Origin: Pseudomonadota bacterium
GTDB taxonomy: Bacteria > Desulfobacterota > Desulfobacteria > Desulfobacterales > UBA2156
Reading direction: 5' to 3'
Assembly (NCBI GenBank): GCA_043806755.1
Contig: JAZDGS010000013.1
Span: forward strand, 1 to 63,118
Length of the DNA: 63,118 nt
In this document: piece after piece, positions 40,442-50,754 of the stretch
Layout: the number at the start of each line of letters is the position of its first letter
Numbering within the stretch: position 1 is the first letter of the stretch
Made by a program: the position numbers and the translations under genes
The notes under the pieces: generated by a model
Database searches by the model: none
What the model was told of the DNA's origin: nothing
Seen by the model: only the letters and a program-made list of their open reading frames with translations

Positions 40442-43261
40442 TCATCCTGAAACGGAGCTCTTGCCGCTGATTTCTTCCAGGGATTTAAGGCATCGATTGC
40501 ATATTCCCGGATGATCGGCATGGGAGCCCACCGAGGGATCGTGCACCCAGCACCGGTCGCATTTTTCTCCTTGCGCTTTTTCCACAAGGATAAACAGCCC
40601 TTCGGTATCGCCGCTCTGAAATCCCCCCCCTTCCGGCTTCCCGCGCTTCAGGATGGCGTTGGAGGTGATAAGAAGCGACCTTAAATCATCCCTGAAATCG
40701 CTTATGAAGTCGTATAATTCGTCGCCGGCAAAAAGGGTGACGGCGGCATCGAGCGGATGCCCGATGAGCTTCTTCCCCCTGGCCTCCTCGAGAGCTTTCA
40801 TGATCTCTCCCCGGATGTCAACAAGGCGGATCCATTTTTTTGCAAGCTCCGAATCGGTTAATTGTGCCTCGGGTTTCGGCAGCGCCAGAAAATGGATGCT
40901 TTCTGCTTTTTCATCATCCTTGGGCATATGCTTCCAGATTTCTTCAGCCGTAAAAGGCAATATGGGGGCCATCAATCTGGACATGGTGTCAAGGATCATG
41001 AACATGACGGTCTGGGCGCTCCTTCTGCCTTTGGATTTGGGCGGTAAGGTGTATAGCCGGTCTTTTAAAATATCCAGATACAGGGCGCTTAGATCCAGAG
41101 TGCAGTAGTTGTAGAGGGCATGATAAATCAAATGAAATTCATAGGTATTGTAAGCCTGATTGGCCTTTTCGATAAGCTCCTGGAGCCGATGGAGTTCAAA
41201 CCGGTCGATCCCCGGCATCTCCTTGTATGGGATGCGATCCGTTTTGGGGTCGAAATCGAAGAGGTTTCCCAGCATAAATCGGCTCGTGTTCCGGATCCGG
41301 CGGTATGCATCGGTAAGCTGGGTCAGGATGGTTTCCGATATCCGGATATCCTCCCGATAATCGGTCGCACTGACCCAAAGACGGAGGATCTCGGCTCCAT
41401 AGCGGTCGATGACCTCCCTTGGGGCAACGATGTTTCCAAGCGATTTTGACATTTTCCGACCTTCTGCGTCAACCACGAACCCATGGGTCAGAACAGCCCG
41501 GTATGGAGCTTCTCCTCGTGTCCCGACCGACGACAGAAGAGAGCTGTGGAACCATCCGCGATGCTGGTCGCTTCCCTCCAGGTAGAGATCCGCCGGCCAC
41601 CGGAGATAGGGGCGTTTCTCGAGAACCGCTGCGTGGCTGACACCCGAGTCGAACCAGACATCCAGGATATCGGTCTCCTTTACAAAGGAACTCCCGCCGC
41701 ATCCTTGGCAACGCGTCCCTTCGGGCAAGAATTCGGATATATCCTTTTCAAACCAGACATCCGCCCCGTGGACTTCAAAAAGATCATAGACGCGTTTCAT
41801 GATCGTCTCGTCCAAAAGGATCCGGTCACACTCCTTGCAATAAAAAACCGTGATGGGGACCCCCCACGCCCGCTGACGGGATACGCACCAGTCCGGACGG
41901 CTTTCGATCATTCCGAAGATCCGCTCCCTCCCCCAGTGAGGAATCCATTCGACCCGGTCGATCGCTTCGAGAGCCTTTTTTCTCAAGCCGGTCTTTTCCA
42001 TGGAAATAAACCACTGAGGGGTCGCCCGAAAGATCACCGGCTCCTTGCATCGCCAGCAATGGGGGTAGGAGTGGTTTATCTTTTCTTCTTTCAAAAGCGC
42101 ACCGAGATTCTTGAGTTTTTGATTAATCTCCCGGTTGGCGTCAAATACGAACTGCCCGTTGAAAAAATCCACTTCATTCGTGAACCGGCCGGCGTCGTCT
42201 ACGGGCGAAAATGGTTCGATCCCATACATCAGCCCCACCTCATAGTCCTCCCTCCCGTGCCCCGGCGCCGTGTGAACGCATCCGGTTCCGGCATCCAGGG
42301 TTACGTGTTTCCCCAGGACGATGATGGACGGGCGACCATAGATCGGGTGCCGGCAAGCCTTCCGCTCCAGCTGTTTGGGATCGATCTCGGCGATAATGGA
42401 AAAATTCGGATACCCGAATGTTTTCATGCAGGGTTCGGCCAATTCCTCGGCCAGGATAAAGGCCTCCCCCTTCCCTGTATCCGCAGCCACGTATTTGAAA
42501 TCCGGATGCAACGCGATGGCCAGATTCGCCGGAATGGTCCAGGGGGTGGTTGTCCAGATCACCACGGAAACCGCTTTTCCTGCAAGAGCGGGGGCGGCGT
42601 CGCTGATGTCGTCGATCATCGGAAACCTGACATAAATGGAAGGGGATGTTTCATCCTGATACTCGATCTCCGCTTCCGCCAGTGCGGTCTGACAGGTGCA
42701 GCACCAGTAGATCGGCTTTTTGCTTCTGAAAAGGCTTCCGTTTGTTGCGAACTTTCCGCATTCCCGTGCGATGGTCGCTTCATACCCATAGCTCATGGTG
42801 AGATACGGATCTTTCCAATTCCCCATGACGCCAAGACGTTTAAACTCCTCCCGCTGGATGTTCACGAAACGCTCGGCATAGGCGCGGCAAAGCTTCCGGA
42901 CCTGAGCCAGGGAGAGCTCTTTCTTTTTCTCCTTTAATTCCTTATCCACGTTATGCTCGATGGGAAGTCCGTGGCAGTCCCAACCCGGGACATAAACAGC
43001 ATCGAATCCCGACATCTGACGGGAGCGCACGATGATGTCCTTGAGTATCTTGTTCAATGCCGTTCCGATGTGAATGTATCCATTGGCGTACGGCGGCCCG
43101 TCATGAAGGATAAAGAGGTCCCTTCCCGCAGATCGTTTACGGATAAGGTCATAGAGGCGCATTTCTTCCCATGCCTTCAGCTGTTCCGGCTCGCGCTTGG
43201 AAAGGTTCGCCTTCATGGGGAATGCCGTTTGCGGCAAGTTCAGTGTGGTCTTATAATCCAT
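40442..43261 (-). CDS. ileS: isoleucyl-tRNA synthetase
   Basis: 939 aa. HIGTALNK (HIGH), KMSKS, C-terminal Zn-binding Cys pairs. Classic ileS-lspA order. Confidence 0.97.
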   Translation of the reverse strand: MDYKTTLNLPQTAFPMKANLSKREPEQLKAWEEMRLYDLIRKRSAGRDLFILHDGPPYANGYIHIGTALNKILKDIIVRSRQMSGFDAVYVPGWDCHGLPIEHNVDKELKEKKKELSLAQVRKLCRAYAERFVNIQREEFKRLGVMGNWKDPYLTMSYGYEATIARECGKFATNGSLFRSKKPIYWCCTCQTALAEAEIEYQDETSPSIYVRFPMIDDISDAAPALAGKAVSVVIWTTTPWTIPANLAIALHPDFKYVAADTGKGEAFILAEELAEPCMKTFGYPNFSIIAEIDPKQLERKACRHPIYGRPSIIVLGKHVTLDAGTGCVHTAPGHGREDYEVGLMYGIEPFSPVDDAGRFTNEVDFFNGQFVFDANREINQKLKNLGALLKEEKINHSYPHCWRCKEPVIFRATPQWFISMEKTGLRKKALEAIDRVEWIPHWGRERIFGMIESRPDWCVSRQRAWGVPITVFYCKECDRILLDETIMKRVYDLFEVHGADVWFEKDISEFLPEGTRCQGCGGSSFVKETDILDVWFDSGVSHAAVLEKRPYLRWPADLYLEGSDQHRGWFHSSLLSSVGTRGEAPYRAVLTHGFVVDAEGRKMSKSLGNIVAPREVIDRYGAEILRLWVSATDYREDIRISETILTQLTDAYRRIRNTSRFMLGNLFDFDPKTDRIPYKEMPGIDRFELHRLQELIEKANQAYNTYEFHLIYHALYNYCTLDLSALYLDILKDRLYTLPPKSKGRRSAQTVMFMILDTMSRLMAPILPFTAEEIWKHMPKDDEKAESIHFLALPKPEAQLTDSELAKKWIRLVDIRGEIMKALEEARGKKLIGHPLDAAVTLFAGDELYDFISDFRDDLRSLLITSNAILKRGKPEGGGFQSGDTEGLFILVEKAQGEKCDRCWVHDPSVGSHADHPGICNRCLKSLEEISGKSSVSG

Positions 43262-43572
43262 TCAGGTCCTCCATAATCAATTGGAATCAGTCTTAAAAAT
43301 GTATTCTTAAGCGTGGATATCTGTCAAGGAAATACGTTCGGCAAAAATCAGAAAAGGGCATGGTCATTCAGAAAAGCATCAGGCCGAAGATGGCTTCAGC
43401 TTGAGTGATACCATGCTCCGAAGGGGTCCTCATGAAGGGCCGGCTCAAGACGATAAAACACCGCCACCGACGATCAAGACGTCGCGGGTATTTTATTTCC
43501 CCATGATCGGTATGGATAAAATCGCCGGCTTAGCCGGTTGATTGCCTCGTGACAGGGCTTTTGTCAGGTATT

Positions 43573-44091
43573 TTACTTGATCGTTTTTCTGAAATAGACA
43601 ACCGGGTCAATCTCTTTGCTGTTGGTTTGGTTTTTCCCTGACCAGATCCAGTTGGCTTTTTCGCCGGTAAACTCCTTAACCCCCTTCCCCCAGGGGAGCT
43701 CTCCGTAGATTCCATAACCGGTCGCTTTTGCCCAGGCGGTATCGTTAAACTTCTTTTGATTCCAGTTCGGCAATTCTTTTCCGGTATAGACCTTCCATTC
43801 GGTATCTGAAATAAAATTAAAGGCCCCGGAAGCGTTTAACAAAAATCCGGCTTTATAACCCCTGTCTTTGGCAACCACTGCCAGCACATCCCCGCGGGTA
43901 ATTTTTACCTTTGCAATCCTGGCCTGTGCCCACCCGAAACCATCGAGGATCTGCTTTCCATTCAAATATAATTTGAACTCATCATCCGCCGTGGCCTGAA
44001 TCGTGGTCATGACATCCTTGGCGTCTGCGTTTCCAATAGTGATTCCTGCAAGAATCACACTCATTATCATCAACCGGATAATAATGCTCAT
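43573..44091 (-). CDS. secreted hypothetical protein, beta-sandwich-like
   Basis: 172 aa with signal peptide (IRLMIMSVILAGITIGNADA). No catalytic motif recognised. Confidence 0.55.
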   Translation of the reverse strand: MSIIIRLMIMSVILAGITIGNADAKDVMTTIQATADDEFKLYLNGKQILDGFGWAQARIAKVKITRGDVLAVVAKDRGYKAGFLLNASGAFNFISDTEWKVYTGKELPNWNQKKFNDTAWAKATGYGIYGELPWGKGVKEFTGEKANWIWSGKNQTNSKEIDPVVYFRKTIK

Positions 44092-44223
44092 TTCGACCTC
44101 CGTTATTTAAGAATTACTGAATTGTTCGACAAAACGGTGCGATCAATATCAAAGCACTCCCGATTTTTCAATATAAAAAAGATTAGGGGACGTTCTTGAA
44201 ATCTTGACATATTGAAAGAAAAG

Positions 44224-44297
44224 ACGAGTCACGAGTCACGAAGGACGATAAAGACCAGATGGACCAAATAGACCAGATGAACCAGGCAGACCAAAAT
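44224..44297. repeat. short tandem repeats: 2.4 x ACGAGTC, then 5 x 9-mer GACCARATR
   Basis: ACGAGTC ACGAGTC ACG (44224-44240). GACCAGATG GACCAAATA GACCAGATG AACCAGGCA GACCAAAAT (44253-44297). Confidence 0.85.
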
Positions 44298-44300
44298 AAT

Positions 44301-45845
44301 TCACAATTCAAGATGCGACCCCATTAGATGCTTGCGGATCTTCCCCAAAGAAGTTCGCGGAAAATCCGAACAAAACGTCACCCGGCTCGGCCATTTGAAT
44401 CGCGCCAGGCGTCCGTTGCAAAAGGAGATGATATCCGCTTCCGTGCAATTACTCCCGGGTTTCCGGATCGCAAATGCATGCCCCGTCTCTCCCCATATCT
44501 CATGCGGAACGCCGACAACCGCCACATCCTCGATCCCCGGATGCTCACGAAGGACCCATTCCACCTCAGCCGGATAGACGTTCTCCCCTCCGGAGATATA
44601 CATATCCCTGACCCTGTCCACCAGATAATAATACCCGTCTTCGTCTTTTCGGGCAAGGTCGCCGGTGTGAAGCCATCCATCCTTAATCGTCTCTTCCGTT
44701 CTCGCAGGATCCTGCCAGTACTCTTTCATCATAATGGAACCGCGCACCACGATCTCGCCCACCTCCCCGTCTTCCACGAGCCTCCCCTGCCGGTCCACGA
44801 GGTTCACCTCGGCATGGAACACAGGCCTTCCCACAGTCCCCGGTTTTCGCAAAGACTCTTCCTCGGAAGCCCACAACAGGATGGATGTTTCGGTCTGGCC
44901 CATAATCTGGCGGAGCAGAAACCCGGCTCTCATGCATTTGGCCAGCAGTTCAGGTGTAGTCTTTTCCCCGCCGATGGCACATACTTTTAAGGTCGAAAGG
45001 GTCCCCCTTTGATCAGGCGCGACACGCAGAAGGGTCCTGTAAACGGTCGGCACGCCGAGCAGCTTGGTTATTTTGAACCGCCCGATGTCCTGATATGTCT
45101 TAATAGGATCAAATTTGGGATGAATAACCATGGTTGCACCCTTATAGATAATGGGTGAGGCCTGGATGAAGAGTCCGCCTGAATGAAATAGCGGCAAAAT
45201 CACCAGCATAATGTCATCGAAGTGAAGCTTGAAAAAAATATCCGCATTCAGGCAGTTAAAAAAGGTCTTGCGGTGGGAAAGGACCGCCCCCTTGGGCTGA
45301 CCGGTGGTCCCGGAGGTATACATGATCACATGCGGTTCCTCGGGATCGGCAGGCCCGAGCGACTGGGTCAGAAAAGGCTTTTTCCCTTCAAACACTTGAA
45401 TTTCGGTCTGATAAGTCATGATTTCAGGAGATATGGCTTCGGATCCGGCGCAGGCCAGAAGCATAGGCGGCCTGCGGGAGTTTAAATGAAGCCCTCCCAC
45501 CAGGTTTGAGTATCCCTTTCCAAAAATAAAAAGCCTCGGCCTCGAATTTCTGATGATATAATCCAGTTCCGAACCGGCCAGCCGAAAGTTGACGGGCACG
45601 AATATAGCTCCCAGGCGCGCACAGGCTATATAGATCTCCATGAACTCAGGGCAGTTTTCCAGCATGACCGCCACCCTGTCTCCTTTTTCGATGCCGATCG
45701 ACTGAAACCAGCAGGCGGTTCGATCGGCCCGATGATTGAGATCCTCATAAGTGATTTCTCGTCCCTCATAAAGGATCGCGGGTTTTTGAGGATGAAGCTC
45801 GCTCCACCTCATGACCCACCAGGCGATGCTCATGGATTTGATCAT
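44301..45845 (-). CDS. AMP-dependent acyl-CoA ligase (class I adenylate-forming)
   Basis: 514 aa. YTSGTTGQPKGA, GQTE, TGDLARKDEDGYYYLVDR and SLGKIRK motifs. ATGA overlap with hyuB. Confidence 0.85.
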   Translation of the reverse strand: MIKSMSIAWWVMRWSELHPQKPAILYEGREITYEDLNHRADRTACWFQSIGIEKGDRVAVMLENCPEFMEIYIACARLGAIFVPVNFRLAGSELDYIIRNSRPRLFIFGKGYSNLVGGLHLNSRRPPMLLACAGSEAISPEIMTYQTEIQVFEGKKPFLTQSLGPADPEEPHVIMYTSGTTGQPKGAVLSHRKTFFNCLNADIFFKLHFDDIMLVILPLFHSGGLFIQASPIIYKGATMVIHPKFDPIKTYQDIGRFKITKLLGVPTVYRTLLRVAPDQRGTLSTLKVCAIGGEKTTPELLAKCMRAGFLLRQIMGQTETSILLWASEEESLRKPGTVGRPVFHAEVNLVDRQGRLVEDGEVGEIVVRGSIMMKEYWQDPARTEETIKDGWLHTGDLARKDEDGYYYLVDRVRDMYISGGENVYPAEVEWVLREHPGIEDVAVVGVPHEIWGETGHAFAIRKPGSNCTEADIISFCNGRLARFKWPSRVTFCSDFPRTSLGKIRKHLMGSHLEL

Positions 45846-47575
45846 CTTTCCCCTTCTTTTTTCAAAGCTGTCCGTAGTTGAACGGTCTTTCCCTTATCAA
45901 TGGTTAGATCCGTATTAAAAACAACGCCGTAATGTTCTTTTGCGGAATTGAGAGTGACCTTTCCGTTTAACACATCCCATCGAACTTGGCCCGGGTCCCG
46001 ATCCAACGGCGATCCAAAACCGCCGCTTCCTGGAAGGCGGATGCTGAGCACGTCTCCCGAGCGGATCTGATCCACCCCTTTGGATTTGCATTTTCGTTCC
46101 TGCAAAGTCCCAGGGTTCAGGATAAGGCTCCCCTTGCTTCCGGGCAGTCCTCCAAAAATCCCCTGAGGCGCGAACTTCTGCCTGTCCGAGTATCGAGCCC
46201 ATGTCACATCCGCAAGGAAACGGATGTCCCGCCGAAGTGAAAGGCCGCCCCGGAATCTTCCCGCCCCTCCGGAATCGGGGATAAATTCATATCGTTCGAT
46301 TAAAATGGGATTTTCAATCTCTGCCGCCTCCACCGGCGTATTCATGAACCGCCCAAGATGGAGATCCTGGCCGTCGGGGCCGTCTTTTTTCGGTCTTGCA
46401 CCGGCGCCGCCGCCTTGAATTTCGATGTAGGTGAATCGCTTTCCAGTGTCGGGGTGAATCCCCGAAAAGCTGTTCGTGCAGGCCTGCCCATGGCTCCCTG
46501 AAACCACGCGCCCGGGAACCACACGGCTCATAGCCTTTAGCATGGCTTCCACAACCTTCGTCATAGTCTGGCTTCTTGCAGTGACTCCGGCCGGAGGCAT
46601 GGGGTTCGTGACCAGACCCGGACGGCTCGTCACTTCAATGGGACGAAAGGAACCTGAATTGACAGCCATGTGAGGATCCACGATACCCACCATGGTATAG
46701 AACACTCCTCCCTGAGTGCAGGACCAGGGGGAATTGACGTTTCCTTTGGTCTGAGGGCTGCTCCCTTCGAAATCCACGCTCATCCGGTCCCCATGAATAT
46801 GGACGTTGACCTGCACCTGAACCGGCTGTTCGACGATCCCGTCATCATCGAGCTGATCAACGCCCGTATACGTGCCGTCCGGAAGGGAAGCGATAAAACG
46901 GCGCATCCGGTTCTCGCTGTAATCGAGAAGCATCCGGGTGCATTTCCGAAAAACATCAAGCCCGTATTTTTCCACCAGCGCCCTGACCTTCTTCACACCG
47001 ACGAAGGTCGTAGCCGCCTGGGCCTTGAAATCCTCCATGGTTTTTTCAGGGATCCGGATGTTGCTCGAAATCATATCGAATATCTGCTGATCTTCCCGCC
47101 CTTTCCGATACAGCTTCACAAAAGGGATCCTGAGCCCTTCCTGGTATATCTCCGTAAGCCCTCCGGCAACCCCCCCGGGAACCGCTCCGCCCATATCCAG
47201 TTGATGCGCGATATTGGCAACAATAGCGACCCGCTCGTTTTCGATATAAACCGGCGAAAAGAACTGCACATCAAGAAGATGCTGCCCTCCCAGATAGGGA
47301 TCGTTGCAGATGACCACATCCCCGTCGTTAAGGTGCTCAACACGTTTCAACATATTCGCGGCCGTCGTAGGAAGGCTGAACATCATGAGCGGGCACAGAT
47401 GCGCCTGGGCAAGAATCCCTCCCTCGGAATCGAGGACCGCACAATTGAGATCCATGATTTCCTTGACGATGGTTGTTCGTCCCATGTGCATGAGGCCGTA
47501 CCCCATCTCATCCGCTATGGCCTCGAGGCCGTAACGGATCACCTGCATGGTGATGGTATCGCCTCTATCATTCAT
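45842..47575 (-). CDS. hyuB: hydantoinase B/oxoprolinase family subunit
   Basis: 577 aa. N-terminal ITMQVIRYGLEAIADEMG and overall HyuB-family pattern. Start overlaps the hyuA stop. Confidence 0.85.
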   Translation of the reverse strand: MNDRGDTITMQVIRYGLEAIADEMGYGLMHMGRTTIVKEIMDLNCAVLDSEGGILAQAHLCPLMMFSLPTTAANMLKRVEHLNDGDVVICNDPYLGGQHLLDVQFFSPVYIENERVAIVANIAHQLDMGGAVPGGVAGGLTEIYQEGLRIPFVKLYRKGREDQQIFDMISSNIRIPEKTMEDFKAQAATTFVGVKKVRALVEKYGLDVFRKCTRMLLDYSENRMRRFIASLPDGTYTGVDQLDDDGIVEQPVQVQVNVHIHGDRMSVDFEGSSPQTKGNVNSPWSCTQGGVFYTMVGIVDPHMAVNSGSFRPIEVTSRPGLVTNPMPPAGVTARSQTMTKVVEAMLKAMSRVVPGRVVSGSHGQACTNSFSGIHPDTGKRFTYIEIQGGGAGARPKKDGPDGQDLHLGRFMNTPVEAAEIENPILIERYEFIPDSGGAGRFRGGLSLRRDIRFLADVTWARYSDRQKFAPQGIFGGLPGSKGSLILNPGTLQERKCKSKGVDQIRSGDVLSIRLPGSGGFGSPLDRDPGQVRWDVLNGKVTLNSAKEHYGVVFNTDLTIDKGKTVQLRTALKKEGER

Positions 47576-49692
47576 GTCCGCTCTTTCCTCCCTTCATCAG
47601 ATCCTTTCTTCAAAAGATCCTCACCCCGCACGTTCTCTTGAGGGATCGGAACAATAATATTTAAATAATCATCGACGGATCCGGCAAATCCGGGCGGAAT
47701 CAGGGTTGTGCAAATGGGCTCTTCGATCACGCAGGGCCCCTGAATCGTCGATCCGGCCGGGAATGAAGATCGTTCAAAAATCGGAATGGTTTGCCATCCG
47801 GCAGACTCGAAACAAACGTCGCGCTCCCCTTTTTTCATTCCCAAACCGGTTGTTTCGATCCGTTCTCCCCGGGGAAGCGAAACCCTCCGATTTGTTCCGG
47901 TCAGACGGACCCTCAGGTTGACAAATTCCACGACCTCTTTCGGCTCGGAGTATGAATATACCTGATGGTGAAGCCGGTGGAAACGATCGGAAATTCCATG
48001 AATATCCTCCCTGTCCAGCGTTTCAACCGGATCCAGCGGCACATTGAGTTCCCAGGATTGCCCTTCGTAGCGGAGATCTGCCGACCATGACACAATAATC
48101 TGTTCCCTGGGTACATGTTCGTTCATCAGCTCCCTTATTCCTTCTGCCTCCATAGCACCGAATGCCGCCCGCAACTCCGCGGGATCGATCAGGAGTTCTT
48201 TTTTGGCAAATGTTCTCACATAATCGCGCTGGATACCCGCCACGGCAAGTCCGATAGCGGAAAAATTTCCGCCCATGGCCGGCACAATCACTTTTGCCAT
48301 GTTCAATTCCATTGCTAGATCCACGGCATGAAGCGCAGCGGCCCCGCCCATGGCGATTAGGGCGAACTCCCTCAAGTCATACCCTTTTTCCACGGAATTC
48401 CCGCTGATCCCTTTGGCCATATTGGCATTGACAATGCGGATGATCCCAAGGGCCGCCTCTTCGATGGGCATCTTCATTTTATCCGCCACATTTTTTTTTA
48501 CGGCTTCACGTGCGAGATCCGGATAAAGCGAAAGCTTTCCTCCGAGGAAATAGCCGGGATTCAGGCGCCCTAACACCAGGTTGGCATCGGATACCGTCGG
48601 CAGGGTCCCGCCCCATCCATAACAGGCTGGCCCTGGACTTGACCCTGCACTTTGAGGCCCCACATGGAGAACCCCTCCTTCATCCACCCATGCGATGCTT
48701 CCGCCTCCCGCCCCGATCGTCTTCAAATCCACCATGGGCAATTTGATGGGATAATTCGTAATCCCTCCCCACGTGGTGGTTTTGGGCATGTTCTTGTCGA
48801 TAATGGAAATATCAAAAGTAGTCCCCCCCATATCCGCTCCGACCGCCATCTCATTTTCCGTTAGACGGCTGATCAATGCCGCGGCAATGGCCCCTCCCGC
48901 AGGTCCGGAATTGATGAGATGAGCCGCATGTGTTTTGGCAGCCTCAACCGTCATGGTTCCGCCGTTGCTCTGCATGATGTGAAGGGTCACGTCGCCGAAC
49001 TCTTGTTCCAAAACCTGCTGAAGATTATCCATATAACGTTCAATGACAGGGGACAGATAGCCGTTCATCACGGCGGTGCAGGTCCTTTCATATTCCCGGA
49101 ATTCCGGGCAGATCTCGGAAGAAAGGGAAACAGGGATCTTCGGGAGCATCTCCCGGCATATCCTTGCAACCTGCTGTTCATGCGCCGGATTGAGAAAGGA
49201 AAACAATAAGGTGATGACAATCGCCTCGACTTTTTGTTCTTCAAAGAATCGTATCACCCGCATGGCCGACGATCCATCGAGAGGTATCAGGACATCACCT
49301 TTGCTGTTGATCCGTTCGATGACGCCCTTGCGCAAATACTTCGGAACAAGGGGGGGAGGATTATCCGCCCCAAAATCGAATGCCGCTTCTTTCGGCCGTG
49401 CCACCCTTCTGATTTCCAGCACATCTTCAAAACCGGCCGTCGTGATCAATCCGACTCTTGCCCCTTTTCCTTCCACGATGGCATTCGTCCCGATAGTCGT
49501 TCCGTGAATAATATAATCGATCTCTTTGATGGAAGCCCCGGAAATCGCAAGGATCTCCCGAAGCGCGATGAGAACCCCGCGGGTCAAGTCATCGTGGGTG
49601 GTCGGTGTTTTGGTGCAGAAAAAGGCTTCTGTTTTTTCATCCGTTAGCACGGCATCTGTAAATGTGCCGCCAACATCAAGAGCTATCCTCAT
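47572..49692 (-). CDS. hyuA: hydantoinase A/oxoprolinase family subunit
   Basis: 706 aa. N-terminal MRIALDVGGTFTDAVL and a second actin-fold motif ADMGGTTFD. Confidence 0.85.
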   Translation of the reverse strand: MRIALDVGGTFTDAVLTDEKTEAFFCTKTPTTHDDLTRGVLIALREILAISGASIKEIDYIIHGTTIGTNAIVEGKGARVGLITTAGFEDVLEIRRVARPKEAAFDFGADNPPPLVPKYLRKGVIERINSKGDVLIPLDGSSAMRVIRFFEEQKVEAIVITLLFSFLNPAHEQQVARICREMLPKIPVSLSSEICPEFREYERTCTAVMNGYLSPVIERYMDNLQQVLEQEFGDVTLHIMQSNGGTMTVEAAKTHAAHLINSGPAGGAIAAALISRLTENEMAVGADMGGTTFDISIIDKNMPKTTTWGGITNYPIKLPMVDLKTIGAGGGSIAWVDEGGVLHVGPQSAGSSPGPACYGWGGTLPTVSDANLVLGRLNPGYFLGGKLSLYPDLAREAVKKNVADKMKMPIEEAALGIIRIVNANMAKGISGNSVEKGYDLREFALIAMGGAAALHAVDLAMELNMAKVIVPAMGGNFSAIGLAVAGIQRDYVRTFAKKELLIDPAELRAAFGAMEAEGIRELMNEHVPREQIIVSWSADLRYEGQSWELNVPLDPVETLDREDIHGISDRFHRLHHQVYSYSEPKEVVEFVNLRVRLTGTNRRVSLPRGERIETTGLGMKKGERDVCFESAGWQTIPIFERSSFPAGSTIQGPCVIEEPICTTLIPPGFAGSVDDYLNIIVPIPQENVRGEDLLKKGSDEGRKERT

Positions 49693-49734
49693 CGTCTCTC
49701 TTTCTCAACCATCTGAACCGAAACAGCGAGCGCA

Positions 49735-49762
49735 TTCCCCGCTGCTTGCAGCGGGGAGCTTC
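49735..49762. repeat. REP-like hairpin (same family as 9015-9044, opposite orientation)
   Basis: TTCCCCGCTGC-TT-GCAGCGGGGAGCTTC. The reverse complement shares TGAAGCTCCCCGCT...AGCGGGG with the 9015 copy. Confidence 0.55.
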
Positions 49763-49817
49763 AATATAATAGAAAATAGGAGACATCAAACTGTCCGCCG
49801 GCAACCGAAACACGGCA

Positions 49818-49829
49818 ATTGTATACAAT
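49818..49829. promoter_or_regulatory. candidate GntR-family operator, perfect 12-bp palindrome
   Basis: ATTGTATACAAT in the hyuA/gntR divergent region. Fits the GT-N-AC core typical of GntR/FadR-type operators. Confidence 0.5.
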
Positions 49830-49990
49830 ATTTGAATCATGTCAAACAGAATTTATAACGCTTTTTTTCAACGCGACCCTGTATTCAACAGAAACGCAAT
49901 TTAAAATAATATATAATGTTATCATATCGTTACATATAAAATAGGGATCTTGCCAACATAAGCCATTCCGATGACCACCCGATTTCTTTC

Positions 49991-50019
49991 TTGACATCCC
50001 GTTGACTGGTTGTATACAA
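49991..50019 (+). promoter_or_regulatory. candidate promoter of the gntR-TRAP operon with overlapping operator TTGTATACAA
   Basis: TTGACA (49991-49996), 16-17 nt, TATACA/ATACAA. The palindrome TTGTATACAA (50010-50019) covers the -10 and is flanked by TGGT...ACCA. A third half-site, TTGTATAT, lies at about 50042. Confidence 0.45.
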
Positions 50020-50102
50020 GACACCAGGTCGGTTTTGTTATGTTGTATATGGGAGTAAATGGGATAAGATAAAGGATTTTTGCATTGTTTTTTTAAGGTA
50101 AT

Positions 50103-50750
50103 ATGCGGGTTTCGTTAAAAGAAAAAACGATTACAAGGCTTAAAAACGCGATCCTCAAGGGGGAATATCAGCCGGGTGAACGCCTGACGGAAGAAGCCCT
50201 GTGCCGGCGCTTCATGGTCAGCCGGACGCCGGTGCGTGAAGCCCTGAATCAGTTGGAAAAAGAGGGATTCGTCCGAATTACCCCCGCTGCCGGAGCCCGT
50301 GTGATCGATCTTTCCAGGGATGAGATTTTTCATATCTATGATATCTTGATTATCCTCGAAGGGGCGGCCAGCCGGTTCGCCTCACTGAGAATAAATCCGG
50401 ATCAGCTCAACAAGCTGGAGGAGTACAATCTCCTTTTTGAAAAAGCCATGGAAGAAAAGAATTCCGAGCTCCTGTTTGACCTGAATACCCGATTCCATTG
50501 GCTGATTACCGAAGCCACGGCAAATCCTTATCTCATCGAGATTCGAAACAACTTCCGGAGGCTCGTGGACCGGATCGCGAGAATTTTTCCTTATATTCCC
50601 GGTCAGTGCGAAGTGAGTCTGGCCGAGCACAAGAAAATCATCGACGCCTTGAAGGGAAAAAATCCGTCCCTTGCCGAATTTATCATGAGGGAGCATCTTG
50701 AGAATGCGAAACGAAATCTTCACAGCCATTTTATGAAAAAGGAGGAATAA
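50103..50750 (+). CDS. GntR-family transcriptional regulator with FCD domain
   Basis: 215 aa. wHTH SRTPVREALNQLEKEGFV. FCD-like helical C-terminus with His residues. Confidence 0.85.
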   Translation: MRVSLKEKTITRLKNAILKGEYQPGERLTEEALCRRFMVSRTPVREALNQLEKEGFVRITPAAGARVIDLSRDEIFHIYDILIILEGAASRFASLRINPDQLNKLEEYNLLFEKAMEEKNSELLFDLNTRFHWLITEATANPYLIEIRNNFRRLVDRIARIFPYIPGQCEVSLAEHKKIIDALKGKNPSLAEFIMREHLENAKRNLHSHFMKKEE

Positions 50751-50754
50751 CATC

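Noticed and set aside
41483-42937. 484-aa ORF antisense to ileS. Similar cases: 30251-31144 opposite secA, 46670-47641 opposite hyuB, 23043-23834 opposite the activase fusion, 20757-21470 opposite larB, 28236-29069 opposite clpA, and 51608-52387 and 52977-53723 opposite the TRAP genes
   Set aside because: Each lies entirely inside a gene with unambiguous family motifs on the other strand. None has a start context or recognisable domain.
43262-43572. T-box or other leader upstream of ileS
   Set aside because: No specifier-loop/T-box consensus (AGGGUGGNACCGCG-like) or terminator/antiterminator pair is visible. There are only weak hairpins, attributable to the end of the upstream gene.
44253-44297. 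CRISPR-like array
   Set aside because: The units are 9 bp and directly abutting, with no spacers. No cas genes are in the window.
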